Shown here: one piece after another, positions 9,907 through 19,288 of the stretch | Numbering within the stretch: position 1 is the first letter of the stretch | Layout of the letters: each line of letters begins with the position of its first letter | Source: Spirochaetae bacterium HGW-Spirochaetae-1 | GTDB taxonomy: Bacteria; Spirochaetota; UBA4802; UBA5550 | NCBI GenBank assembly: GCA_002839375.1 | Contig: PGXY01000002.1 | Span: 106,764 to 170,763, forward strand | Direction of reading: 5' to 3' | Length of the DNA stretch: 64,000 nt | Notes under the pieces: model-generated | What the model was told of the DNA's origin: nothing | What the model saw: the letters and a program-made list of their open reading frames with translations, nothing else | Databases searched by the model: none | Made by a program: the position numbers and the translations under genes

Positions 9907-10436
9907 AGGAGATCACCTATTTCCCTGATTCCCTTTTCCTTCAGACTGGATATGACACGGTTCTCCACCTGCTTATACCTGTATTCAGCCTGCCATCGCG
10001 TCATATCGAGATATCTGCCGGCCTCTTTAAAAGAAAAGTTATGGATAGCCACCAGCTCGAATAAATTTTTTTCCTTTTCACTGTTGTAGATGGTCCTGTC
10101 TTCCAGTACTTCTTTTATGATTATACGGCTGTCCTGAAACGTATCCTCATCTGAAATAGAAACTGTATCGGACAACCCGTCAATATCATCGGCATTGCTC
10201 CTGGCCGTGGCTTTTTTGTTGTAATAGTTGGTTATCTCGAACCGGACTGCCGTCATGAGCCATTTTTTCTTATCCCTGATATCCTGGAAGTGATTGAAGA
10301 AGCGGATGAATACCTCCTGGCAGATATCCTCGGCATCATCAATGCTTCCCACCCTTGATACAAGAACGCTGCATACGAGGGGATAATACTGGCTATAGCA
10401 TTTTCTGAACTCACGATTTTTTTTTGCTTCCAGCAT
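9903..10436 (-). CDS. ECF-type RNA polymerase sigma-70 factor
   Basis: Region 2 DAEDICQEVF...WLMTAVR and region 4 helix-turn-helix FELVAIHNFSFKEAGRYLDM. The track starts at 10529; ATG 10436 (MLEAKK) gives a typical ECF length. Confidence 0.82.
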   Translation of the reverse strand: MLEAKKNREFRKCYSQYYPLVCSVLVSRVGSIDDAEDICQEVFIRFFNHFQDIRDKKKWLMTAVRFEITNYYNKKATARSNADDIDGLSDTVSISDEDTFQDSRIIIKEVLEDRTIYNSEKEKNLFELVAIHNFSFKEAGRYLDMTRWQAEYRYKQVENRVISSLKEKGIREIGDLL

Positions 10437-10756
10437 GGTATTGAGCTGTGTTCCCCCAATTGTATAGAATGAATAAACCGCTGAAAAGAGGAAAAAATTT
10501 TTATTATTACGGTAAATCGGCATATTCATTTTTTTTCCATTGACAGGGACCGGGCCGATCGGATTATTAAAACGGTCCCTGTATTCATTATTATCAGCAT
10601 TCGCCCTGTCATATTTAAGGAAAATAAAATTAAATAGCAGAAAATATTTGCATATTTGCCGCGCCTCTTTTAGGGTGACTTATATTATCGGCACATATTT
10701 GCCATCTGATTTTTTGAATAGATCGACCGGCATAAAGAATCGAGTGGAAGGATAAA

Positions 10757-11512
10757 ATGGCTTCAATTGATAAACATCTTGAAACGAAGGAAAGAATACT
10801 TCAGGCTGCGAAGGAAGAGTTTTCCGATAAGGGTTTCGACGGCGCCAGAATGGGCGCCATTGCCAAACGTGCCAGCGCCAACCAGGCACTGCTTCATTAT
10901 TATTTTGATACGAAAGAAAAGCTTTATGAAGAGGTGCTGCATCATTATTATTTCCTCGAGGACGAACAGCTCATACGGAAAGAGATGGAAGGATGGTCTC
11001 TTTCCCCCGAGGAAACGCTGTATATGGGTATTTATCTCCTCGTCAACCTTCCCCTGGGAGCCTTTGATCCCGATTTTATCAGAATAATATCCCGCGAGGT
11101 TGCCGAGGGACGGAATAACCTGAAAAACCTCATGAGCAAATATTTTTATCCGAGAATTTCCAGTTTTGTGGAAGTCATTCAGTACGGTGTTGACCAGGGT
11201 GTCTTTGAAACCGAAAATACCTACATGGTAATAATGCAGATGGTTTCATTTATCATTGTTTATGAGAACCAGAGGGAAATCGCTAAAAATCTTGATTTCC
11301 CCTGGGTGGAATTTCTTTTCAGCGAGCACTCCAAGGAGCAGATGTTTCAATTTCTTTTAAAGCACACCTTTAAGGGTCTGACCCCGGTAGGGAAGGTGGT
11401 GAAGATACCGGAAATATCCGATGAGAAGATGCAACAGCTCGATAAAATTATAGCCCAAATAGGCTTCCTTCATTCGAAAAGAGTGAAATCCGGACCTGAC
11501 AACGCCGAGTAA
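10757..11512 (+). CDS. TetR/AcrR family transcriptional regulator
   Basis: RILQAAKEEFSDKGFDGARMGAIAKRASANQALLHYYFDTKEKLY. Confidence 0.92.
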   Translation: MASIDKHLETKERILQAAKEEFSDKGFDGARMGAIAKRASANQALLHYYFDTKEKLYEEVLHHYYFLEDEQLIRKEMEGWSLSPEETLYMGIYLLVNLPLGAFDPDFIRIISREVAEGRNNLKNLMSKYFYPRISSFVEVIQYGVDQGVFETENTYMVIMQMVSFIIVYENQREIAKNLDFPWVEFLFSEHSKEQMFQFLLKHTFKGLTPVGKVVKIPEISDEKMQQLDKIIAQIGFLHSKRVKSGPDNAE

Positions 11513-11535
11513 TATAAAACGGAAATCCCGACAGC

Positions 11536-11565
11536 AAAATGCCCCTGGAAGAAGGGGCATCTTTT
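11536..11565. terminator. Bidirectional terminator between the convergent TetR and cdaA-ybbR genes
   Basis: aaaatgcccct-ggaaga-aggggcatctttt: 8-bp stem flanked by A and T runs. Confidence 0.7.
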
Positions 11566-11590
11566 ATAAATTCAAATATTTATAGTGTTT

Positions 11591-13066
11591 TTATTTTACT
11601 CCGCGTTTCTTGATGATTATGGTGACAGAAACATCGGGCAGAGGTTTTGCTTCGAGACTGATAATTTCAGGAGGAGCTATGACCTTGCATCGAATTGTAG
11701 TGTTCTGGCTGATATTCTGCAGGAAGATGGGGGTCGTGGTGAGGTATATTTCCTCGTTGGAGTTTTTTTCCGTGGCGAGCATTACCTGCAGCTTTTCAGG
11801 CGTAACCTCCACCGATAGAATATCGAGCCCCGCCGGGAGAGCGCCGACCAATTGAGGTTTGATTATGACATCCTGCTGCACAAAGGAATAGAGGTCCACG
11901 TCAAAATTTGACGGTTGGGCATCGATGAGGTTGATATTGTGGTGCAGGTTGATGATGTTCCTGGCCACGGAAATCGTCACTTTTCCCGGTTTTGACTGCT
12001 TCAGGTCCACGGTGGCCTTCAGTTCCTCGGGCCTCACCAGGTTTATCTCCGAGGCCGGTCCTGAGATTTTTATACGTGCAATAATGGGTTTATCGCCGGA
12101 AATGATCATTTTATCGGCAAGCCGGTACTCTATGGGAATGGTAGTGACCAGTTCCTTGGTCTGGCTCACCGTGGCCATAATGGACAGCCATAAAATAAAG
12201 GCCAGCAGAAGGGACAGAGCCCCTTCCAGTACGAGAGACATCTTTTTGCCCTGGGTCTGCTGAAGGGGGGTGAATCCGCCGGCTGTTTTCCAGTGTTCTT
12301 CGATGCGGTCCTGCAGTTCTTTTTCATTTTCCACCAGTTCCACCTGGCCTTCATGAAAAAGGGAGATGACACCCCGTTCCTCGGACACGGTGATTATGAG
12401 TGCATCGGTAGCCTCCGAGAGTCCCAGGGATGCGTGGTGCCGCGTGCCGAATTCATTGTTGTAGCGCGTCGATGTGGAGAGAGGAAGGCGCAGGCCGAAT
12501 GTGGTTATTTCACCGTTTTCAATTACCATGGCGCCGTCATGGCCCGGCGAGTGGTTGTCAAAGATGCTTAGTATGAGGGGAACGCTGGGCCTGCCATTCA
12601 TGTGAATCCCGCCCGAAACCTTCGAATTGATGGAATCCCTGCCGGGAAGAATGATGATGGCTCCCAGCTTGCCGGCCGCCATCTGGAATACCGATTCACA
12701 GATTAGCAGCGATAGATGGTTCCCCTCGGAGAGAGTTTTTCGGATTTTCAGGGTCGATGCTGTTCTTTCGAATATTTTCCTTATCTCGGGCTGAAAGATG
12801 ATGATAAGGGCGATGAGCGCAATATTGCTCACATTGTTGAACAGCCAGGAAAGACCGCTGAAACTGAAAAGGCGCGCCATGGAGTAGATGAAGAGGATTA
12901 CCCCGATCCCCATGCCGATTCTCCATGATCCCGAGCTCTTCAGCGTCCTGTACAGGATGAGAACCATGAGCGCCATGATGGGGACGTCAAAGAAGGTCCT
13001 CCAGTCAATGAAACTGATTATGATATTAATGTACTGTGATAGTATATGCATGGCGTTTATCAACAA
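11591..13066 (-). CDS. cdaA: Diadenylate cyclase CdaA (DisA_N) fused to a C-terminal YbbR/CdaR-like domain
   Basis: Three N-terminal TM helices, IIIFQPEIRK, HDGAM (DGA motif), GTRHHA (RHR position), VSEERG; then another TM helix and a YbbR-like segment (VRPEELKATVDL...PGKVTI). Confidence 0.85.
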   Translation of the reverse strand: MLINAMHILSQYINIIISFIDWRTFFDVPIMALMVLILYRTLKSSGSWRIGMGIGVILFIYSMARLFSFSGLSWLFNNVSNIALIALIIIFQPEIRKIFERTASTLKIRKTLSEGNHLSLLICESVFQMAAGKLGAIIILPGRDSINSKVSGGIHMNGRPSVPLILSIFDNHSPGHDGAMVIENGEITTFGLRLPLSTSTRYNNEFGTRHHASLGLSEATDALIITVSEERGVISLFHEGQVELVENEKELQDRIEEHWKTAGGFTPLQQTQGKKMSLVLEGALSLLLAFILWLSIMATVSQTKELVTTIPIEYRLADKMIISGDKPIIARIKISGPASEINLVRPEELKATVDLKQSKPGKVTISVARNIINLHHNINLIDAQPSNFDVDLYSFVQQDVIIKPQLVGALPAGLDILSVEVTPEKLQVMLATEKNSNEEIYLTTTPIFLQNISQNTTIRCKVIAPPEIISLEAKPLPDVSVTIIIKKRGVK

Positions 13067-13225
13067 GGTACAACATCAGTGTGGTCAAGAAATTTTTCAA
13101 CAGTATTTTTATTCCAGGGATGTTTTAAGGTGTTTATTTTTCGCGATTGACATGGTGATCTATAGGGATATACATATTGCAATTAATAATGGCGGTATTG
13201 TTTGTTGCATCGGGAGGTTTCTGAC

Positions 13226-14239
13226 ATGAAAATAAAGAATATTCTCACGGTACTGGGCAACGGGGATCTGATGCGCATGATCCCCTTCCTTGGAGACTGG
13301 AAAGCCTTCGTCCGGTGGCAGTTTTTATACGCAGTCATAGAAAGCGGGCTCCTGGATATTCTGGACAGGGGGCTTACACGAGATGAGATCATGGAGGAAT
13401 CGGGTGTTCGGCGTGCCGATATCCTTGACGCGCTTCTTGATCTGGGATGCGCGCTGCGTGAACTTTCTCTAAAAAAAGGTCGTTATTACGTAAAGGGAAA
13501 ACGTCTCAAGAATCTTCTGGGAGGGAAAGGTGACTGCAACCGGGCCCTCATCGAAGCGGGCTCCACCTATTACAGTGACATTTACCGGAAGGCGGGAAAT
13601 CGGCTTCGCGGTGAGGGGAACGGTCCCTACCTGGAAGAGGCCGGGCCCATAATCGCTCGATGGGGAAAGCTGCTGGAACCGATGATAAAGACTTTTGTCG
13701 TGCAAACCTTTACCGGGAGAGGGGAACTTAAAACACTTGATGTGGGCTGCGGCTCGGGGAATAACCTGAAACTGGCTCATTCGGTCAATGAGGGTGTTTA
13801 CGGCATGGGCATCGATTATGATGAAAACGTAGTAAGTCAGGCCGCGGCAAATATGAGAGACTGGCGGATGGACAATCAATTTGCTGTCACGGGGGGTGAT
13901 ATCCGCACGCCGTCCACAGAGCTTGGCCATGAATACGATATAATAACAATGTATAATGTTGTTTATTATTTCACTGTTGAAGAACGAAAACAGGTGTTCA
14001 GTAACATCCGGGCCATGCTCCGGGAGAACGGTGAGCTGGCTATTGTAAATTCATTCAATACCAGAAAAAACGGCTGGGGAACTTCCAATCTTAATATGGC
14101 CGTTACATCCATACAGGGATGCTATCCGCTTCCCCGTCTGGACGAGACGCATCGGTTTCTTGAGGAAGCGGGCTTTAATAGGATAACGGTTGAGCAGCTT
14201 GTTCCAGGCGACGCCTTCTATGGCATAACAGCAAAATAG
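13226..14239 (+). CDS. Class I SAM-dependent methyltransferase with N-terminal winged-helix domain
   Basis: LDVGCGSG, GIDYD, YDIITMYNVVYY and LRENGELAI. ATG 13226 follows a GGGAGG RBS (track start 13202). Confidence 0.85.
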   Translation: MKIKNILTVLGNGDLMRMIPFLGDWKAFVRWQFLYAVIESGLLDILDRGLTRDEIMEESGVRRADILDALLDLGCALRELSLKKGRYYVKGKRLKNLLGGKGDCNRALIEAGSTYYSDIYRKAGNRLRGEGNGPYLEEAGPIIARWGKLLEPMIKTFVVQTFTGRGELKTLDVGCGSGNNLKLAHSVNEGVYGMGIDYDENVVSQAAANMRDWRMDNQFAVTGGDIRTPSTELGHEYDIITMYNVVYYFTVEERKQVFSNIRAMLRENGELAIVNSFNTRKNGWGTSNLNMAVTSIQGCYPLPRLDETHRFLEEAGFNRITVEQLVPGDAFYGITAK

Positions 14240-14280
14240 ATGATGGTCAGGTTGTATCAAAGGGGGTTAGAGCCTCATAA

Positions 14281-14979
14281 TCAGATAAACAGGATTGAAC
14301 CCAAATCTATAGCGGTTTCACCGGAAAGGTATATGATTTTTTTCCCCGTGTTCTCAATAAATGATACAATCTGGTCCTCGTCGGGGTGACTGCGCAGTGT
14401 TCCCGTCAGATATACCGTATTTCCCGCGGTGCCCGAGGCCCCTCCAAGAAAACCATAACGGTAACCGGGGAGGGTGACATGGCCCGGGTTTATGAGAAGC
14501 GAAGTGATACCCGCCTTTTCAGCCTCGGCATGAATGGAACGGTCAGCCGTAATAATATGATCCTCATCGACAATGAGCGTGGAACATCGTGAGTAGCCCT
14601 GTTTAACATTATGGAGTGTGATTTTCTGGTCTGCCAGGTATTCTTTGATGCGAGGCTCTGTCCCCTCAATGCGGTGGAATGCCGCTTTTCCCGTACAGGC
14701 AATATTATAAGGTATATCTTCCGGATATGCCGGTCCCGGGACGGTTTCACACAGGGTGATGCGGCCATATTTGCCCAGTTCATGCAGAAACGACGGGGTC
14801 AGAGCCCTGTGGCAGAAGATATTCCCATTGTGTGTAAATATCTGAATGTCGGGATGCCCTGAGATGGGGCGGGAAACGCCGTCAAAATGCGGAACAGTCA
14901 GGGCTCTGACCCCCAGTTTTTTCAAATTATGAACTATTACTGCCGGTGTATCAGGATTTATTAATGCTGTTTTCATCAA
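14281..14979 (-). CDS. DUF6873 / GME-fold (amidinotransferase-like) protein
   Basis: HPDIQI, YPEDIPYN, VKQGYSRCST, ITAD, GFLGGASG and DLGSI. Confidence 0.7.
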   Translation of the reverse strand: MMKTALINPDTPAVIVHNLKKLGVRALTVPHFDGVSRPISGHPDIQIFTHNGNIFCHRALTPSFLHELGKYGRITLCETVPGPAYPEDIPYNIACTGKAAFHRIEGTEPRIKEYLADQKITLHNVKQGYSRCSTLIVDEDHIITADRSIHAEAEKAGITSLLINPGHVTLPGYRYGFLGGASGTAGNTVYLTGTLRSHPDEDQIVSFIENTGKKIIYLSGETAIDLGSILFI

Positions 14980-15126
14980 GAGAGCCTTGTATATTAAATT
15001 ACATATTAAAATACAATCTTTTTAAAAACCTATAAATAAAAAAACCTTGTCATTATATGGAAGGTTCATTGTATATTATAGTACATATATTTGTCGTCAA
15101 TTCTTTCAATAAAAGAGATTCTATGC

Positions 15127-16896
15127 ATGAAAAATCGTATATATACAGAATATAAACATATACTGACATTTATACTTTTGCTTTCGTTTTTGATTGCTGG
15201 GCCGGGCTGTGGTGGCGGAGAGAAAATCACCTATACCGATGTGTCGATTGAACACGATTATCTCGGGGGTGACTACGAAATATTTTTCCCCGATACGAGC
15301 ACCGATGTCAACCTTACCTATACGCTTAATCTGGGGTTAGACCCCAAGGATGTATTTTTTATTTTCACCAATACATCGGAGAGCAATTACGCCCTGCCGC
15401 AGCTTCTTGAAAACACCGTTTCCGGAAGGAGCGCCGACGAGGATGAACCGGCACTTTTAACGGTTCCCGAAAGTGCGGATCAAACCGTGCCCGTACTGCA
15501 GCGGGGCAAGCCGCAAATATCGGACTTTAACCGGAATGCGCTTTTAAACACCGATTCACTGTCCAGAAATATCTACGAACCGCTGGAAGATCCCATGCCT
15601 TCTAATGACACGCTAGGTGGGACCGGCACCTTTTATCTTGGTCTTTCCAGTTCCGGTTCATCCGTAAGCGCCAGCTGCCGCTACGTATCAGGTCTAATCG
15701 CCGGGAAAACGCTTAACATATGGGTTGCCAACGACTGTCTGTCCCCTTCAGGGACTAAATCCAGACTGGTGACCGATGCCATGGTTGCTGAACTGGCCAA
15801 GGTTTTTCTAAAGGACGGTGTCGATGATATCTATACCTGGGTCACGGATATTTTCGGCGATGAATGGGGCACGCCTCCCTTTACTAACCTCATCGATGAT
15901 AACAATGAAATCACTATTCTGCTCTATGATATTGACAATGATAATACTACGCCCCTGACTGAGGGGGGAGTGGCGGGATATTTTTATGCCAAGGATAATT
16001 TTAAGAGCAGCTACTATTCGGGTTCCAACCAGAGAATCATGTTCTATCTCGATGCCGTTATGTTCGCTAATGGTGACGGAACAGATGGAACTGATTGGGA
16101 CGTTTCCGACCCGTCACCGGGCGATATTGTGTCTACTTTAGCCCATGAATTTCAGCATATGATCCACTTCTACCAGAAGCAGATAAAGTATGAACTCACC
16201 ACGGGCACTGAAACCTGGCTTGATGAGATGTGTTCCCTTGTAGCCGAAGATTTTATTACCATGAAACTGGGCGCGTTGAGCGGCGCGGAACAGGTGATCA
16301 TCAAGGGGCCGCGCGGTGTTGATGGTGATACCACGGGACCAGGGCTGCCGTTTAATTATGATGGAAGGCTTCCCGCATATAATTACTATAATTATATCTC
16401 CCTGACGGACTGGCCCGATGATGATGCTTCCAATGAATTTTTTTTAATGAGCTATGCCATGAGCTATGCCTTCGGTGCCTACCTGGCCCGTAATTACGGC
16501 GGGGCGGAGTTCTTTCGGAATATTGTGCAATGTGCTTATACGGATTATCGTGCCGTGGAGTATGCCGCGGGTGTAATGGGGCATGATGATAATTTTACCA
16601 CCATCCTCCGAAACTGGGGTGTAGCCAACCTGCTTTCGGATAAAACAACGGTTCCACAGTATGAGTATAACAGCGGCACTGACGGTTTCATTGCTGATTC
16701 CCTGGGATATGTCCTGGGTTCAATCAATCTGAGAAATTATTATCCTACTCCCTTCATTTGGCCCTATCTGCCTTCCTCTTCTTCCATGTATCCCGTATCC
16801 AATTTCCTTTATATTGCCGGTGATAATATACAGGGAGCCAACACCTGGACCCTCCAGATGCGGAAGCCGGTTCGGCTTACGGTGCTGGTGAGATAA
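15127..16896 (+). CDS. M30 (hyicolysin-like) zinc metallopeptidase lipoprotein
   Basis: Lipobox GPGC; GYFYAKD, STLAHEFQHMIHF (HExxH) and WLDEMCSLVAE. The likely start is ATG 15127 (track uses 15091). Confidence 0.78.
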   Translation: MKNRIYTEYKHILTFILLLSFLIAGPGCGGGEKITYTDVSIEHDYLGGDYEIFFPDTSTDVNLTYTLNLGLDPKDVFFIFTNTSESNYALPQLLENTVSGRSADEDEPALLTVPESADQTVPVLQRGKPQISDFNRNALLNTDSLSRNIYEPLEDPMPSNDTLGGTGTFYLGLSSSGSSVSASCRYVSGLIAGKTLNIWVANDCLSPSGTKSRLVTDAMVAELAKVFLKDGVDDIYTWVTDIFGDEWGTPPFTNLIDDNNEITILLYDIDNDNTTPLTEGGVAGYFYAKDNFKSSYYSGSNQRIMFYLDAVMFANGDGTDGTDWDVSDPSPGDIVSTLAHEFQHMIHFYQKQIKYELTTGTETWLDEMCSLVAEDFITMKLGALSGAEQVIIKGPRGVDGDTTGPGLPFNYDGRLPAYNYYNYISLTDWPDDDASNEFFLMSYAMSYAFGAYLARNYGGAEFFRNIVQCAYTDYRAVEYAAGVMGHDDNFTTILRNWGVANLLSDKTTVPQYEYNSGTDGFIADSLGYVLGSINLRNYYPTPFIWPYLPSSSSMYPVSNFLYIAGDNIQGANTWTLQMRKPVRLTVLVR

Positions 16897-16912
16897 CAGG
16901 ATAATACAGAAC

Positions 16913-18169
16913 GTGTTATATCGGGATATTCATGACAGGGTATTACGCTTTCTCGAAGAAAGCAAGCCTCGCTATCTTCACATACTGGAGGAGATGGTAT
17001 CCATCAATTCCTGGACTGAAAACCGTGAAGGGGTCAGAGCCCTGGGTGAATACACGGCTGATCTCTTTGCCGGTCTGGGATTTACCCCGGAGTTTGTTCC
17101 TTCCCGGAATCCCCTTTACGGCAGTCACGTGATACTCACCAGGAAAGGTTCGGGCAGGGCATCCATATCGTGCGTGTCTCACCTTGATACGGTTTTTCCC
17201 CCCGGGGAAGAGCAGAGTCATGATTTTCATTTTCGCCTCGAAGGCGACAGTGCCTCGGGACCGGGGACCAGCGATATCAAGGGCGGGACCCTGGTAATGT
17301 TCATGATGCTCGAATCCCTCAGTCATGAAGTTCCTTCACTGTTTGAGTCCGTGAACTGGAAGCTGTTTTTCGACGCCTCGGAAGAGACCACATCCGATGA
17401 TTTCGGCACGTTCTGTCTCGACAATATGGATGCCGGTACCCTGGCATGTCTCATCTTTGAGGCCGATGGCGGCCGCATCGATGAATTCTCCCTGGTTACC
17501 TCGCGCAAGGGCAGGGCCGTTTTCACCATTGAATCTTTTGGCAGGGCGGCCCATGCCGGTTCGGCGCATAAAAGCGGCGCCAATGCCATCGTGCATCTCT
17601 GCGGAATTATAGAAAGGGCCGCGGCCCTGACGGATTATGAAAGAGGAATCACCGTGAATGTGGGCATGATCTCGGGAGGTATGGCCCTCAACCGTGTCCC
17701 CGATTATGCAGCAGCGCAGGTTGAGATGCGGGCCCATGACGAATCTGTGTTCAGGGAGTCCGTGGACGCCATGATGTCCCTGGCGGGCTCTGACCCTTCC
17801 GGGGGAAAAAGCCTTTCATGCACGGCAAAGATCAGCCTGGATCGCCGGGTTCCGTCATGGCCGGGAAATGAAAGAACGGATCATCTCTTTTCGGTCTGGG
17901 AGGAGGCTGCTTCTGTCGCGGGGATGCGGATCGTTCCTGAACAGCGAGGGGGCCTCAGTGACGGGAACTGGCTCTGGCATCGCGTGCCTGCAATCGACGG
18001 CCTGGGACCCCTGGGCGGCAATGAGCACTGTTCAGGAGGCCCCGGTAAAGACCGTATCGGGCAGGAATTTGTCATCACCGGTTCCCTGGCGCCCAAGGCG
18101 GCCTTAAATGCCCTGGCCCTGGTTATTTTGCTGCAGTCATCATCTGCGGGGTCAGAGCCCCCGGCATAG
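16913..18169 (+). CDS. M20 family metallopeptidase (carboxypeptidase G2-like)
   Basis: SHLDTVF, GPGTSDIKGG, DASEE, GRAAHAG, VNVGMISGG, GGLSDGN, IDGLGPLGG and EH. Confidence 0.88.
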   Translation: MLYRDIHDRVLRFLEESKPRYLHILEEMVSINSWTENREGVRALGEYTADLFAGLGFTPEFVPSRNPLYGSHVILTRKGSGRASISCVSHLDTVFPPGEEQSHDFHFRLEGDSASGPGTSDIKGGTLVMFMMLESLSHEVPSLFESVNWKLFFDASEETTSDDFGTFCLDNMDAGTLACLIFEADGGRIDEFSLVTSRKGRAVFTIESFGRAAHAGSAHKSGANAIVHLCGIIERAAALTDYERGITVNVGMISGGMALNRVPDYAAAQVEMRAHDESVFRESVDAMMSLAGSDPSGGKSLSCTAKISLDRRVPSWPGNERTDHLFSVWEEAASVAGMRIVPEQRGGLSDGNWLWHRVPAIDGLGPLGGNEHCSGGPGKDRIGQEFVITGSLAPKAALNALALVILLQSSSAGSEPPA

Positions 18170-18222
18170 TAAATATCGGGGCGCCGGAAATATCATGCTC
18201 TGATTTGCCCGGCCTTTTTTGC

Positions 18223-19260
18223 TCACCACCGGTTTCTGACTTCCTCGGCAAATCCGGGAAAGCGTTCCAGGGCTATCACCGTCCCGTTATCGAGCGTCAC
18301 AGTGCCGGTGTACCAGCCGAATACCTGGTGCTGTATCGATGAAATAAGGCCCAGGTTGAAATAGCTTTCCCTGTCCAGGGCCGGCTCAAAATCAAGTTCA
18401 AAGCGGCCGTCATTACTGGTGAATTTCCAGGGCTTCATGAAATCATTAGCGTCGAAGTGGAAGGTGACCTGGTTCAGCTTGTGACCTTTTCCCTCATAAA
18501 AGAGGATGTTTTCCGAAGCGGGGCTTCTGTCGCTGAAACCGTACCCGATGTTCCATCCCAGGGACTTGCCGTTGACAGTGCCCGAGGCCGAGCCCCAGTA
18601 CCAGGTGTTTTTGTATGTCCAGTTGCCGCGGCCCCAGTCGAGGCAGCCGAAGGAGTTGGTCGGCGAGAAGGTGAATATCCTGGTGCCCATGGTGACCGTT
18701 CCTTCGGCGGGCATGCAGTTGATTTTCTGGTTATAATAGAAGGCCTTTCGATTTTCGGCCCATGACGTGGCGATGACCATGCTGTCCATGTCCGGGTCCT
18801 GTTGAAGGACCAGGCGGGCCTTTAGTCCCCGGTCGCCGTAGGGCGATTCAAAGGACGGCACATCAACGGATATGATTCTTTTATTGTCCCTGATCCCGAA
18901 TTCCACGGTCATTTTTTTATCACTGAAATAGAGGTCGCCGCTTTTCGACGACGGAGGGAATCCCATGCGGCCCCGTGTCATGAGCCGGATGGTGTCGAGC
19001 TGTTTATAGGTACCGGCTTTGAAATCAACCCAGCATACGGCGACCAGCGCGGCAAAGCTCAGGTCAGACATGGTAACGGTGAGACCGTATCCGCCATCCT
19101 GGGAAATCACGGCATAATAGTCCCATTCCTTGATGCGGTGCCACGGTGCCCTGACTTTACGGCGGTCATAGTTCCACCAGGGTTTGCGTGCCCAGCCTTC
19201 GCCGGTCAGTGTGCCGTCATCTTTCAGCAGTTCCAGTGGGCCCGTTATTTCTTTCTGCAT
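18223..19260 (-). CDS. DUF2804 family protein
   Basis: RIKEWDYY, FYYNQKINCMPA, DWGRGNW, GWNIGYGF and QHQVFG. Confidence 0.88.
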   Translation of the reverse strand: MQKEITGPLELLKDDGTLTGEGWARKPWWNYDRRKVRAPWHRIKEWDYYAVISQDGGYGLTVTMSDLSFAALVAVCWVDFKAGTYKQLDTIRLMTRGRMGFPPSSKSGDLYFSDKKMTVEFGIRDNKRIISVDVPSFESPYGDRGLKARLVLQQDPDMDSMVIATSWAENRKAFYYNQKINCMPAEGTVTMGTRIFTFSPTNSFGCLDWGRGNWTYKNTWYWGSASGTVNGKSLGWNIGYGFSDRSPASENILFYEGKGHKLNQVTFHFDANDFMKPWKFTSNDGRFELDFEPALDRESYFNLGLISSIQHQVFGWYTGTVTLDNGTVIALERFPGFAEEVRNRW

Positions 19261-19288
19261 GAATATCTCCTTAATAATTTAATGAATG

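Larger units (their letters stand above)
12211..18160. repeat. Cluster 1 of the dispersed motif GGG(T/A)CAGAGC
   Basis: Copies, given as the start of the extended match: 12211(+), 14654(-), 14795(+), 14901(-), 17030(+), 17785(-), 18148(+). Near variants at 11374, 14263 and 15333. Confidence 0.9.
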
